Shown in pieces: positions 7,690 to 16,452 of a DNA stretch of 64,000 bases. Under the pieces are notes generated by a model. That model worked only from the letters and a program-made list of their open reading frames with translations. It made no database searches and had not been told where the DNA came from. Position numbers and translations under genes: made by a program. The stretch comes from Deltaproteobacteria bacterium (GTDB lineage: Bacteria > JAGRBM01 > JAHCIT01). The stretch is from the NCBI GenBank assembly GCA_026129095.1, contig JAHCIT010000005.1:62001-126000 (forward strand), given 5' to 3'. Within the stretch, counting starts at the first letter, position 1; every line of letters begins with the position of its first letter.

Positions 7690-10581
7690 ATGCCTTTCGA
7701 CCAGAGTGTTAACGGACCCTTTCCCGGACTGGCGGCCATACCATTAACGCTGGCCAATCCCGACGGAAATCCGGCTACCGCACTGCTGGATATACCGGAA
7801 ATGGCGGACGGGCCCTTGATTCCGGTTCTCGTGCCGCCAGTATTCGGACGTCCGAAAGAGGAACTTGGGCCCGTATCAGAGGCTCTCACGGCCCAAAACC
7901 GATTTATCGTGTTCCGGCCTGCATTCCGGTCCACAGGTGACGAAGCTCCCGGCAATCTCGATGACATGTATCTGTCGGGAGAGGAATGCACCTACTGGGG
8001 CCGGTATCTCAGGTCAGAACAGTTCCATACGCTCTGCCGGAACAGGCAGCCAGACATCCAGATCGATACCCGTGTTGCCTGTGTGGCCATGTCCATCGGG
8101 GCCACACAGGCATTTCTGTCCCAGGCCGAACACCAAACTTTCGATGCGCTTGCCCTTCTGTCCTTCGTTCCCCACTACCCGACATTCGTCCGGAACAAGG
8201 TCAAACGCGACTACTACGACCTCGTATCGATCGCCTGGGCACTTCGGATGAAGTCACGGCCCGGCTGGGCCGCCTGTTGCGGGGCAATTGCCGCCCGCAA
8301 AGCCGAAGAAGGCGAAGACCGAGAGACGGCCCGGCGGTATCAGCTGCTGGCAGACCGACTCTCCAACACCTCCAGAATCGACCGGAGCCAGATGGCCTCG
8401 ATGCTCGAAGGAGTGCCGGTCAACGCCTTCTCCGGCATCTGGAATGCCATTCGTGGCACTTTTGATTGCCGCTATGATCTTGAGGCGAATCTGCAGTCGA
8501 ACGCCAAAGTCGGGATTCCGCTTACCTTCATATCCGGCGGCAAGGATGACTACTTCCTGCAGGAAGAGATGGACGAATTCATTGCCCTGGCACGCCGTGA
8601 AGGCCGCGTCCGGCGGCTGCTCCGCCTTGAGAATGCCTGTCACCAGCTCCGTCCGTATCCCTGTTTCGAAAAAGCCATGGAGTTTGTCATCCAAGGGCTA
8701 TATAGCGATCTTGGAATTCAGGACGTACCTGTTCCGTTCTCACTAGCAAGAATAGCGGTCCGCCGGTTTTACGAGGTCCGGGGATTCGCCCTGCGCCATT
8801 CCAAAGACCTGGGCGCACCACCGGAGTTGACCCAAAAGGTTCTGCTTTCCAGCGAGGATCTCGCCCGGGTACTCGGGGAACTGTTCAAGCGCCCGGCAGA
8901 AACCGGCGCACTGGTCCGGCTGCTCGCCAGATCAGCGGAACAGATCGGTGGCGAACGGAGCATTCTCGACGAACTGGAACCGGTCCGGATAGGAAAGATC
9001 CTCAACAAATCGCTTTCACCGGAATTGTACCCTTCCATCGCAATAGGACTCTCTGAAGTTCCCGAACTGATCGGCCATCTGTTCCCAGACCATCTGCTTC
9101 AGGCGCTGGATCCGGAACACCTGGATGGATTGCTCCAGGAATTGCTCCGCCACACAGAAGCACTGGAAGCGTTCCTGACCACGGCAAATCCGGAACTGCT
9201 GCTCTCTCTTGGCAGGCGCAAGGCCCTCGCAGCCGCGCAACGTGCGATAAAACTGGTACCGGCTTTTACTGGACACAATCTACCGAAGGATCTCGATCAG
9301 GTTCCGTTCACCAGCAAGGAAGACTATGTCGAGGCGTTCCCGCTCGAAGACAGGTGCATCCACCGGGAACTTCCGCGGGAAGGGCTCATCGATGAATCGA
9401 GCGGTTCCAGCGGAATCCCAACCAACTGGACCCGTTGCCGCGAGGAGGAAGACCGGCTCGCAAACGGTGCCCGGTTCATCTACCGGTTCCTCTTTGGCCG
9501 TCCCGGTGACGACCGCCCGGTAATTCTGCTCAACGGTTTCAGTCAAGGTGCCTGGGCGACGTCAACCAAGCTAACCGTGCTCGCCCGCCATGTGGCACTC
9601 GTCAAGAATATCGGCCCGGAAGAAGAGCGTATTCTGGATTCCCTCGAGTACTTCGGCCGCCGTTACCGTTACATTATCGCCGGGTATCCGCCGTTTCTGA
9701 GGGAACTTGTCCGGGCCGCCACGGAACGGGTGGGGTTTGATTTGAAACCATATACCATCGATATCCTGCATGGCGGCGAAGGCTATACGGCCGGATGGCG
9801 ACGTTATCTTGAAGTGAATCTGGGATCGGGTGCCCGGATCGTGTCTTCATACGGTGCCTCGGATCTTGATCTCGGCGTTGCATACGAAACCACCCTCGCC
9901 CTCGTGGCCAGAAAAATACTGGAGGAAAACCCTGAGTTCCGCCGGGCCCTTCTGGAGACAGAGCGGATTCCGGTGTTTTTCGGCCAATATAATCCGATAG
10001 AGTTCTTTCTGGAAACCCGCCGCCACGACGGAGAATGCAGGACCCTCGTCTGCACCGTGACTAATCTGAAAGCGCACCAGCCCCGCATCCGTTACGATAT
10101 CGGAGACGAAGGGGATATCCTCCCATTTGACCGGATTGTAAACACGGCAAGGGAGTTCGGATTCGACCTGCCAGCATCAGGTTCCCTGAAGTTTCCGTTC
10201 GTCTACATATTCGGCCGTCTCGACGGGACCATCAGCATTGACGGTGCGAATGTTTATCCCGACCAGGTGCACGAGGCGATCCTGACCGATCATCAGCTGG
10301 CTCCCCTGGTCCGCGGCTTCCGTCTACGCCGTTCGGAAAACAGTTCCGGAGAAGTGCGATTCGAAATCGATCTGGAAATGTTCGGGGATGAGACAACGGG
10401 TGGCCCTGATGTCAGCACGGTTGCGGGCAAGCGGATATGCGATTATCTTGCGAAAGTGAACATAGATTTCCGTGAATCGCTGGCTCATAACCCGGCAGCC
10501 ACCAGTCCGGAAGTCAGGGTAGTCCGACCGGGTGAACTGGGAATCGGCACGACCATCAAACGCCGGTATGTGGATCGCTAA
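7690..10581 (+). CDS. Fusion: LuxD-like alpha/beta-hydrolase (acyl-thioesterase/transferase) + helical linker + PaaK/LuxE-like adenylate-forming ligase
   Basis: GGAGGG RBS before ATG 7690; triad-like VAMSIG / GKDDY / ACHQL; C-terminal PFTSKEDY, SSGSSGIP, AGYPPFL, GGEG, SYGASD, RYDIGD, GRLDGTISIDGANVYP. Confidence 0.8.
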   Translation: MPFDQSVNGPFPGLAAIPLTLANPDGNPATALLDIPEMADGPLIPVLVPPVFGRPKEELGPVSEALTAQNRFIVFRPAFRSTGDEAPGNLDDMYLSGEECTYWGRYLRSEQFHTLCRNRQPDIQIDTRVACVAMSIGATQAFLSQAEHQTFDALALLSFVPHYPTFVRNKVKRDYYDLVSIAWALRMKSRPGWAACCGAIAARKAEEGEDRETARRYQLLADRLSNTSRIDRSQMASMLEGVPVNAFSGIWNAIRGTFDCRYDLEANLQSNAKVGIPLTFISGGKDDYFLQEEMDEFIALARREGRVRRLLRLENACHQLRPYPCFEKAMEFVIQGLYSDLGIQDVPVPFSLARIAVRRFYEVRGFALRHSKDLGAPPELTQKVLLSSEDLARVLGELFKRPAETGALVRLLARSAEQIGGERSILDELEPVRIGKILNKSLSPELYPSIAIGLSEVPELIGHLFPDHLLQALDPEHLDGLLQELLRHTEALEAFLTTANPELLLSLGRRKALAAAQRAIKLVPAFTGHNLPKDLDQVPFTSKEDYVEAFPLEDRCIHRELPREGLIDESSGSSGIPTNWTRCREEEDRLANGARFIYRFLFGRPGDDRPVILLNGFSQGAWATSTKLTVLARHVALVKNIGPEEERILDSLEYFGRRYRYIIAGYPPFLRELVRAATERVGFDLKPYTIDILHGGEGYTAGWRRYLEVNLGSGARIVSSYGASDLDLGVAYETTLALVARKILEENPEFRRALLETERIPVFFGQYNPIEFFLETRRHDGECRTLVCTVTNLKAHQPRIRYDIGDEGDILPFDRIVNTAREFGFDLPASGSLKFPFVYIFGRLDGTISIDGANVYPDQVHEAILTDHQLAPLVRGFRLRRSENSSGEVRFEIDLEMFGDETTGGPDVSTVAGKRICDYLAKVNIDFRESLAHNPAATSPEVRVVRPGELGIGTTIKRRYVDR

Positions 10582-10613
10582 CGGACTGGCATCATTGAGG
10601 AGATAGGCAGGCA

Positions 10614-12272
10614 GTGAACCTCCAATCAGCCATCCTGCTACTGCTTGGAATCTCCCTCATTCCGCTGGCGGGCTATGTCTACAGGTTTGCTCACGACCGG
10701 GCCGAGGCACGCTGGTTTGCTCTGGGAGTCGTTGCGGCGTCTACTTATCTCATGGCCATCGCCATGATCGATCTGGCCCCATCTGACCGGGCAGCCCTTT
10801 GGGCCACCCGTTTGGCTTATGCAGGCCCCAGCATCGGCTTCCCCGCGATGATCCTGCTCGTCCGCAGAATCCTTCTGGCTACAGACGCCTCCCGGTCACT
10901 GTCAGCATTGCTGTTTCTGGCCTCCATCGCCGCCCACTCATTCGCCCTGTTTGGCGGCTCGGTGATCTCCGGAATCGACCGGACGACCATGCCCCCATCC
11001 TTTGTCTACGGACCATTCGCAATTGTCCCGCTGTCTTTCGATGCCGGAATACTCCTGTTTCTGGTTGCCGTCGTCATACGTGACTGGCCCAAGGCACCTT
11101 GGAGAGCCCAGAACCGGTTTCTCGTTCTGGTTGTTTCCCTGATCCTCTGGACGTTTTTCACCATCACTTCCAACCTGGTCCTGCCCATTCTCTACGGAGA
11201 TAACCGGTACTATCTGGTTGGCCCTGCCCTGCTTTTGCTTCCCGCCTGCGGCGGCGCCTGGGTCATTGCAGGAGAGCGGCTGCCGGATCTGCTTGCAATG
11301 GCAGGCCGGCTGTTCCCAAACGGGCGTTCCCGGTTGCTTCGGAAACTCGCCGATCTGGAACAGGGCCTGCTTGAGTTGCCAGACATTCATGCTCTCGTTT
11401 CAGAACTGGAGGGAGTGATGGGAGGCCGGCAGTTTGCCTACGCAGGAGCCGGAGACGGACTCAGCTTTACCCCGGGAGCCGTGGATTTTCTATACAAACC
11501 CGGTGACCGGCAGCGTGTCGAGAAACTGGCGAGCCATTACGCCCATTCTCCGGAAACCCTGGATGAAAACCTCCTGCTGACCGGATGGACGGAAGTTATC
11601 GGCTTTGCCGAGCCTGTAGCCTCTCCGTGGCCCGTCTCTTCTGCCCGGGAGATCGAGGTGATAAACAGGATGACCACCTCTCTCGCGGCTGAACCAGTGG
11701 TGATCCTTTCCGCAACAGGATATCTCGATACGATTTCCATCAAGTCCCTTGCCAAACAGGTCCGGCGAAGCCTGGTCTTCACGGCTGAACTGGTCGCAAA
11801 ACTGGATGGCGGCCGCGAGGATGCGGTCCGGTTGCTGAAGGAAGAACGGAACCTCAGGGATGTCATGATTGTCATCCGGCTGGCGGAGCAGGCCCGTGCC
11901 GAACATCTGGAAACCACGGTTTCCGCCTGTGTCTCAGATGGAGCCAAGCTCCTGCTCGTTACTGCTATGGACCGGAACGATCTGATTGGATACGGCCTCT
12001 TCGGCGGTACGGATATCAATCTTCAGGAAGCTCCCCTCTTCGCCTTGGGCAGTCCGCTGCAACGGGCTTCCAACATATCGGTCCATCTGGATCTCATTCT
12101 TTCCCGGCTCGAAGCCAGCTACGGCACCTTCTTCCGCCTGACGCCGGAAGAGAGACACTCGTTCTGCCGCCGGCAGTGGCGGTCAATCCAGGAACTGGAG
12201 TTTGAACTGGAAAAGCATCTGCTGATGTTCCGTTTTTCCCCTTCGGCAAGCCAGAAAGGAATACCCGTATGA
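10614..12272 (+). CDS. Membrane protein with about 7 N-terminal TM helices (HisKA_7TM-like) and a degenerate cytoplasmic AAA-like domain
   Basis: First ~220 aa hydrophobic; C-terminus resembles the sigma54-activator AAA lid; GAGGAG RBS; stop overlaps next start (ATGA). Confidence 0.7.
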   Translation: MNLQSAILLLLGISLIPLAGYVYRFAHDRAEARWFALGVVAASTYLMAIAMIDLAPSDRAALWATRLAYAGPSIGFPAMILLVRRILLATDASRSLSALLFLASIAAHSFALFGGSVISGIDRTTMPPSFVYGPFAIVPLSFDAGILLFLVAVVIRDWPKAPWRAQNRFLVLVVSLILWTFFTITSNLVLPILYGDNRYYLVGPALLLLPACGGAWVIAGERLPDLLAMAGRLFPNGRSRLLRKLADLEQGLLELPDIHALVSELEGVMGGRQFAYAGAGDGLSFTPGAVDFLYKPGDRQRVEKLASHYAHSPETLDENLLLTGWTEVIGFAEPVASPWPVSSAREIEVINRMTTSLAAEPVVILSATGYLDTISIKSLAKQVRRSLVFTAELVAKLDGGREDAVRLLKEERNLRDVMIVIRLAEQARAEHLETTVSACVSDGAKLLLVTAMDRNDLIGYGLFGGTDINLQEAPLFALGSPLQRASNISVHLDLILSRLEASYGTFFRLTPEERHSFCRRQWRSIQELEFELEKHLLMFRFSPSASQKGIPV

Positions 12273-12712
12273 CCCCAGCGCAAGGCGAAAAGATCTATCA
12301 ACTCCGGACCAAACTCGGACTCACTCCCCAGCAATTTGGACGCATGGCCGGAGTAACGGCGGTGGTTGTTGCCAAATGGGAATCCGGTTTTGCCGAACCC
12401 GGCTGGCTGGCGCTCGGCCGGATAAGACGCGCCTGCGACGTCGACCTCAACTGGCTGCTGGACAGCGGCGATGACCGGCCGGACTATCTCCAAAACGCTG
12501 CCATCTGCGAGGGGAAGCTCGTCGATTCATCACTCCCTAAAATCAGCCGGAATCTCGAGCAAAAACTGATTGGCGACTACCGCAAGCTGAACGAAATCGA
12601 CAGGAGCTTCGTCAGAATGGTTCTGGAAACAGTCGGGAAAACTCCAGAAGTACCTGTGGCCAGGAGGTCGTCTCCCAAATTGCGCCCAAATCCATCAGAC
12701 AAGTTTGTCTAA
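12269..12712 (+). CDS. XRE-family HTH transcriptional regulator
   Basis: LRTKLGLTPQQFGRMAGVTAVVVAKWESG...VDLNWLL. Confidence 0.88.
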   Translation: MTPAQGEKIYQLRTKLGLTPQQFGRMAGVTAVVVAKWESGFAEPGWLALGRIRRACDVDLNWLLDSGDDRPDYLQNAAICEGKLVDSSLPKISRNLEQKLIGDYRKLNEIDRSFVRMVLETVGKTPEVPVARRSSPKLRPNPSDKFV

Positions 12713-13050
12713 ACGACCACCGTCACAGCCTTTGGATACAAATGGTCCCTTAATCCCATTCCCGGTCTTAAATAGAACCGGTTTCATGAATGCCTGGGGA
12801 GGATCAGGAGTAAAGTTTGGCAGATGAAGCCGAAGAAGTTTTCCGGATAAAACTCCGTGCCTGGCAAACATTTTTCAGAACCAGCCGATTCAGGCGAACA
12901 GGCGCTCGATATGCGGCGAAACCCCGCTCGCCATAGCCGCCGGAGAAAAACCTCTCCACCTCGTCGTTATCGGACGTGGCGCAAAGCCGCTGGTGGCTGT
13001 CTGTAAAGCGATCAAGACCAGCGAACATCTTTTCGTCGTCTCGGTTCGCC

Positions 13051-13102
13051 GGGCGCACATGGCTTTGCTTTTTTGCCCGGAAACCTACGAACTTCTACGA
13101 AC
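13051..13102 (+). repeat. att-proximal 52-bp repeat, copy 2
   Basis: 50/52 identical to 5449-5500. Confidence 0.9.
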
Positions 13103-13148
13103 CTTGAGAATTACTGATATTTCTGGCCGCAGTTCGCGGAATGCCAGT

Positions 13149-13194
13149 GCCGGACTCTTAATCAGCGAGTCGCCGGTTCGAGCCCGGCATCTCC
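13149..13194 (+). pseudogene. Second 3' fragment of tRNA-Lys(CTT); putative attR, lacking CCA
   Basis: 45/46 identical to 5540-5585. Confidence 0.85.
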
Positions 13195-13203
13195 TGTCGC
13201 AAG

Positions 13204-14007
13204 CTACTTGCCGAATAATCCCATCAGCGTGCCAGGGGCCTTGGGCATCAGGCGCGAGAGGGCGTCGAGGACTCTGGCGTCCGGACCGATCAGCAGGCGG
13301 GGTTCGTTAGACTGGATGGCATCCGCGATCTGCCGGGCGGCTAACTCCGGCTTCACGCCGAACTTTGCCACTAGACCCCTGCCCCGGTCTTTCAGCGTGG
13401 TGGCTTTGCCCCGGTAGCGGGCGGCGGCGGGAATGTTCGTCCGGACGGCACCGGGATGGACGCAGGTGACGCCGATATGTTTCGATGCCAGTTCGGCGCG
13501 CAGTGTCTCCGAAAATCCCCGTACGGCGTGCTTGGTCAGTACGTAACCCGGCATGCCGGCGATGGGCATGAAACCGGCTATGCTCGAAATGTTCACGATG
13601 TGTGCTTCAGGCCGGTTCTCAAGCAGCGGCAGGAAGAACTTGCAGCCATAGATCACGCCCCACAGGTTGACGCCGATGACCCACTCGAAGTCCTCGATCG
13701 TGTGATCTGCGAAACCGCCCAGCAGCGCGACGCCGGCATTGTTCACCAGGATATCGGCCTGCCCGTGCTCACCAAGGACCGCTCCGGGGAGCTTTTCCAT
13801 CTCGTCCCGCCTGGAGACATCCATCCGGTGGACTGACGCCCTTCGGCCAAGTCCCTCGACACGCTGGCGGACCGATTCGAGACCGGTTTCATTGATATCC
13901 ACAAGGGCGACATCGCAACCCCGAAGGGCCAGCTCAAGGCTCACGGCCTCGCCGATCCCGCTACCGGCACCCGTTATAACGGCAACCTTTCCGGTGAGGT
14001 CTTTCAT
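13204..14007 (-). CDS. SDR-family oxidoreductase
   Basis: TGAGSGIG, NNAG, YVLTK. Confidence 0.93.
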   Translation of the reverse strand: MKDLTGKVAVITGAGSGIGEAVSLELALRGCDVALVDINETGLESVRQRVEGLGRRASVHRMDVSRRDEMEKLPGAVLGEHGQADILVNNAGVALLGGFADHTIEDFEWVIGVNLWGVIYGCKFFLPLLENRPEAHIVNISSIAGFMPIAGMPGYVLTKHAVRGFSETLRAELASKHIGVTCVHPGAVRTNIPAAARYRGKATTLKDRGRGLVAKFGVKPELAARQIADAIQSNEPRLLIGPDARVLDALSRLMPKAPGTLMGLFGK

Positions 14008-14011
14008 GAAC

Positions 14012-14848
14012 TTATTTCGGCGGAGTTTTCATCATCCCTCGCGGGTCGATGAGCAGCTTGTGCACCTGCATGTTGTGGGAATGGCCAAGCTGCTGGAGCG
14101 ACATCGCCGCCTGCAGCGCCGTCCAGAGGCCCTGAGCATCCTGGGTCTGGTTCACCGACTGCTTGGCCAGCCGGAGCCCCATGCTGGGCCGGGAAGCGAT
14201 CTTCGAGGCCAGTTCAAGCGTCCGCTTTTCCAGTTCATCCCTCGGTACCACCTGATTCACCATGCCAAGCGCCTTCGCTTCGGCAGCTGTGACCGGATCC
14301 CCGGTAAAGAGCATTTCCTTCGCCTTGCGAACGCCGACTTCCCAGGGGTGGGCGAAATACTCGACACCATTCACGCCGAAACCGACGACCGGGTCTGAAA
14401 ACGTCGCATCATCACTGGCAATGATGAGGTCGCAGACCCAGATCAGCATCAGCCCGCCGGCAATCGTCTTTCCCTGCACCTGGGCGATCGTCGGCTTCGG
14501 CAGATTTCTCCAACGCCAGCAAAGACCGAGATAAATCTCTTCCTCTTGCGCCATGTACCCTTCGGCTCCCGGCAGGTCGAAGCCGCCCCAGTTCGTGACC
14601 GGAGTGAACGACGTCAGGGGCGTATTGTCCCGAAGATCGTGTCCCGAAGAAAAGTGCGGACCATCGGCGGCGAGGACGATCACCTTCACGTCCTTGTCAT
14701 GCGCTGCCAGGTCGAACGCGGTATTGATCTCATAGAGCATCTTCTTGCTCTGGGCGTTCCGGGTCTCTGGGCGGGCCAGGGTGATCCGGGCCACTCCGGC
14801 AGAGGGGGAATCATAACGGATTGTGGTGAACTCGGGATCTGTGCCCAT
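14012..14848 (-). CDS. Enoyl-CoA hydratase/isomerase family protein
   Basis: RPETRNA, FSSGHDL, KPTIAQVQG..AGG. Confidence 0.93.
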   Translation of the reverse strand: MGTDPEFTTIRYDSPSAGVARITLARPETRNAQSKKMLYEINTAFDLAAHDKDVKVIVLAADGPHFSSGHDLRDNTPLTSFTPVTNWGGFDLPGAEGYMAQEEEIYLGLCWRWRNLPKPTIAQVQGKTIAGGLMLIWVCDLIIASDDATFSDPVVGFGVNGVEYFAHPWEVGVRKAKEMLFTGDPVTAAEAKALGMVNQVVPRDELEKRTLELASKIASRPSMGLRLAKQSVNQTQDAQGLWTALQAAMSLQQLGHSHNMQVHKLLIDPRGMMKTPPK

Positions 14849-14872
14849 GCTGTCCGCTCCCTGAAACCGGGC

Positions 14873-15631
14873 TCAGAATGCCACGCGTTTCGTAAAACCG
14901 CCGTCGGCGACCAGATTGATACCAGTGACAAGACTCGCCACGGGACTTGCAAGAAAAGCGGCGGCCCGTCCGATCTCTTCCGGTGTACCCATGCGGCCGA
15001 TGGCGCACTGCCTGACGGTCTGTTCATAGAACGCCGGCATGCCTTTCTTCATCATTTCCCACTGCCCGCCCTCGAAGATCACCGGACCGGGTGAAATGCA
15101 GTTCACACGGATCCCCTTTGCCGCGTACATCTGGGACAGGCCCTTGGCATGGGTAATCAGGGCCGCCTTGAGCGCGCTGTAGGGGATCGGGGCCATGAAA
15201 TACTCGACTGCCGCCGTGCTGCTGATGAACACCACGCTGGCCTCGCCACTTTTCAGGAGAAACGGCAGCGCAGCGTCAAAACATCTCACGCTCCCCATGA
15301 GATCGGTCTCGAAATTCGCCTGCCAGGCGGCTTCTCCGGGGTTTCCTCCACCAGTCGGATTCGGCACCAGGATGTCGATTCCACCGAGTTGTCCGGCGGC
15401 TTCGGCGATCCAGGTCTTCAGCGTCTTTGCATCCTTTACATCGACGGATTTGGTAAACACTCTCCCGCCATGGCGGGCAAGACTCTCTGCAGCCGTCTTG
15501 AGTCCCGCCTCGTTGCGGGCACAGACAGCGATGTCGGCACCTTCGGCCGCGAGTGTTTCGGCTATGGCCCGACCGATGCCACGGCTGGCCCCAGTCACGA
15601 TCGCCTTCTTGCCCTTCAGTTTCAGATCCAT
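14873..15631 (-). CDS. SDR-family oxidoreductase (FabG-like)
   Basis: TGASRGIG, YSALK, IRVNCISPG, ADGG. Confidence 0.93.
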   Translation of the reverse strand: MDLKLKGKKAIVTGASRGIGRAIAETLAAEGADIAVCARNEAGLKTAAESLARHGGRVFTKSVDVKDAKTLKTWIAEAAGQLGGIDILVPNPTGGGNPGEAAWQANFETDLMGSVRCFDAALPFLLKSGEASVVFISSTAAVEYFMAPIPYSALKAALITHAKGLSQMYAAKGIRVNCISPGPVIFEGGQWEMMKKGMPAFYEQTVRQCAIGRMGTPEEIGRAAAFLASPVASLVTGINLVADGGFTKRVAF

Positions 15632-15660
15632 GCTTTCCTCCCGGCAGGCCTGCTCTTGGC

Positions 15661-15683
15661 TTTAACACGTTTAAAATGTTAAA
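15661..15683. promoter_or_regulatory. TetR operator(s), TnnAACnnGTTnnA type
   Basis: TTTAACACGTTTAA plus overlapping TTTAAAATGTTAAA, between the divergent SDR and TetR genes. Confidence 0.7.
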
Positions 15684-15733
15684 CGCAATATGGTTTATCC
15701 GGAAAATCCCCGGACCATTACAGGAGCGTCGGC

Positions 15734-16420
15734 ATGGGTCTTCTGGAAAATCAGCGGCAGGAACGGATCGACAGGATCATGGAAACCGCCCGGCGAATGA
15801 TCGCCGAGCGGGGCTATGAAGGGGTCAACATGCGGGATCTCGCAGCAGCGAGCCGGGTGTCGGTTCCGACGCTCTACAACCTTTGCGGAGACAAGGCGGA
15901 ACTACTGTCCCGGTCCATGCAGGGACAGTTCTCGACCCTTCTCAAGACGATAGACCGGGAAACCCGCACGAAGGGCCTTGACAGGGTGATATCCATTGTC
16001 ACCCGGTGCAGCTCGGAAATGCTGCGACTGTCGCGCTACTCCCGGGCCGTCCTCGATGTGTTTGTGAACTCCGGGCAGATGCGGGAGGTGAGCGAGATGA
16101 TCGCCGGTGCTCTTGCACGGGACATCGAAAACGCCCTCCATGAAATGAAATCATCCCGCGAAATCGAGGCATGGGTCGATCCCCGTATCCTGTCAGAACA
16201 GGTCGCCAGCCATCTCATCATCTGTGCGCTCCAGTGGGAGAGTGGCTATCTCAGCGACAAGGCCCTGCCGGCCTCGATGCTGTACGGTTCCTGCCTCATG
16301 CTGCGGGGAGTTGCGGCGGGTCCGGCGGCCAGAGTGCTGGAGAAACGGATCCGTACCGTGCAGGCCGATGCCTATTCTGAAAAACCAGCCCGCCGGCAAC
16401 CGGCAAGCCGCACGTCCTGA
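15734..16420 (+). CDS. TetR-family regulator
   Basis: ARRMIAERGYEGVNMRDLAAASRVSVPTLYN. Confidence 0.93.
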   Translation: MGLLENQRQERIDRIMETARRMIAERGYEGVNMRDLAAASRVSVPTLYNLCGDKAELLSRSMQGQFSTLLKTIDRETRTKGLDRVISIVTRCSSEMLRLSRYSRAVLDVFVNSGQMREVSEMIAGALARDIENALHEMKSSREIEAWVDPRILSEQVASHLIICALQWESGYLSDKALPASMLYGSCLMLRGVAAGPAARVLEKRIRTVQADAYSEKPARRQPASRTS

Positions 16421-16452
16421 TGTGATTGGGAAGACTGTCCGGCCATGGAACA

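Larger units (their letters stand above)
5591..13194. mobile_element. Integrase-less genomic island between two tRNA-Lys(CTT) 3' fragments
   Basis: Bounded by 46-bp direct repeats (5540-5585 and 13149-13194, one mismatch); accessory gene content. Confidence 0.75.

Noticed and set aside
7690-10581. Bioluminescence (lux) operon or paa catabolic pathway
   Set aside because: No luxA/B/C or paaA-E genes in the window
12804-13058. Integrase remnant beside the second att
   Set aside because: No tyrosine-recombinase motifs in the frames I read
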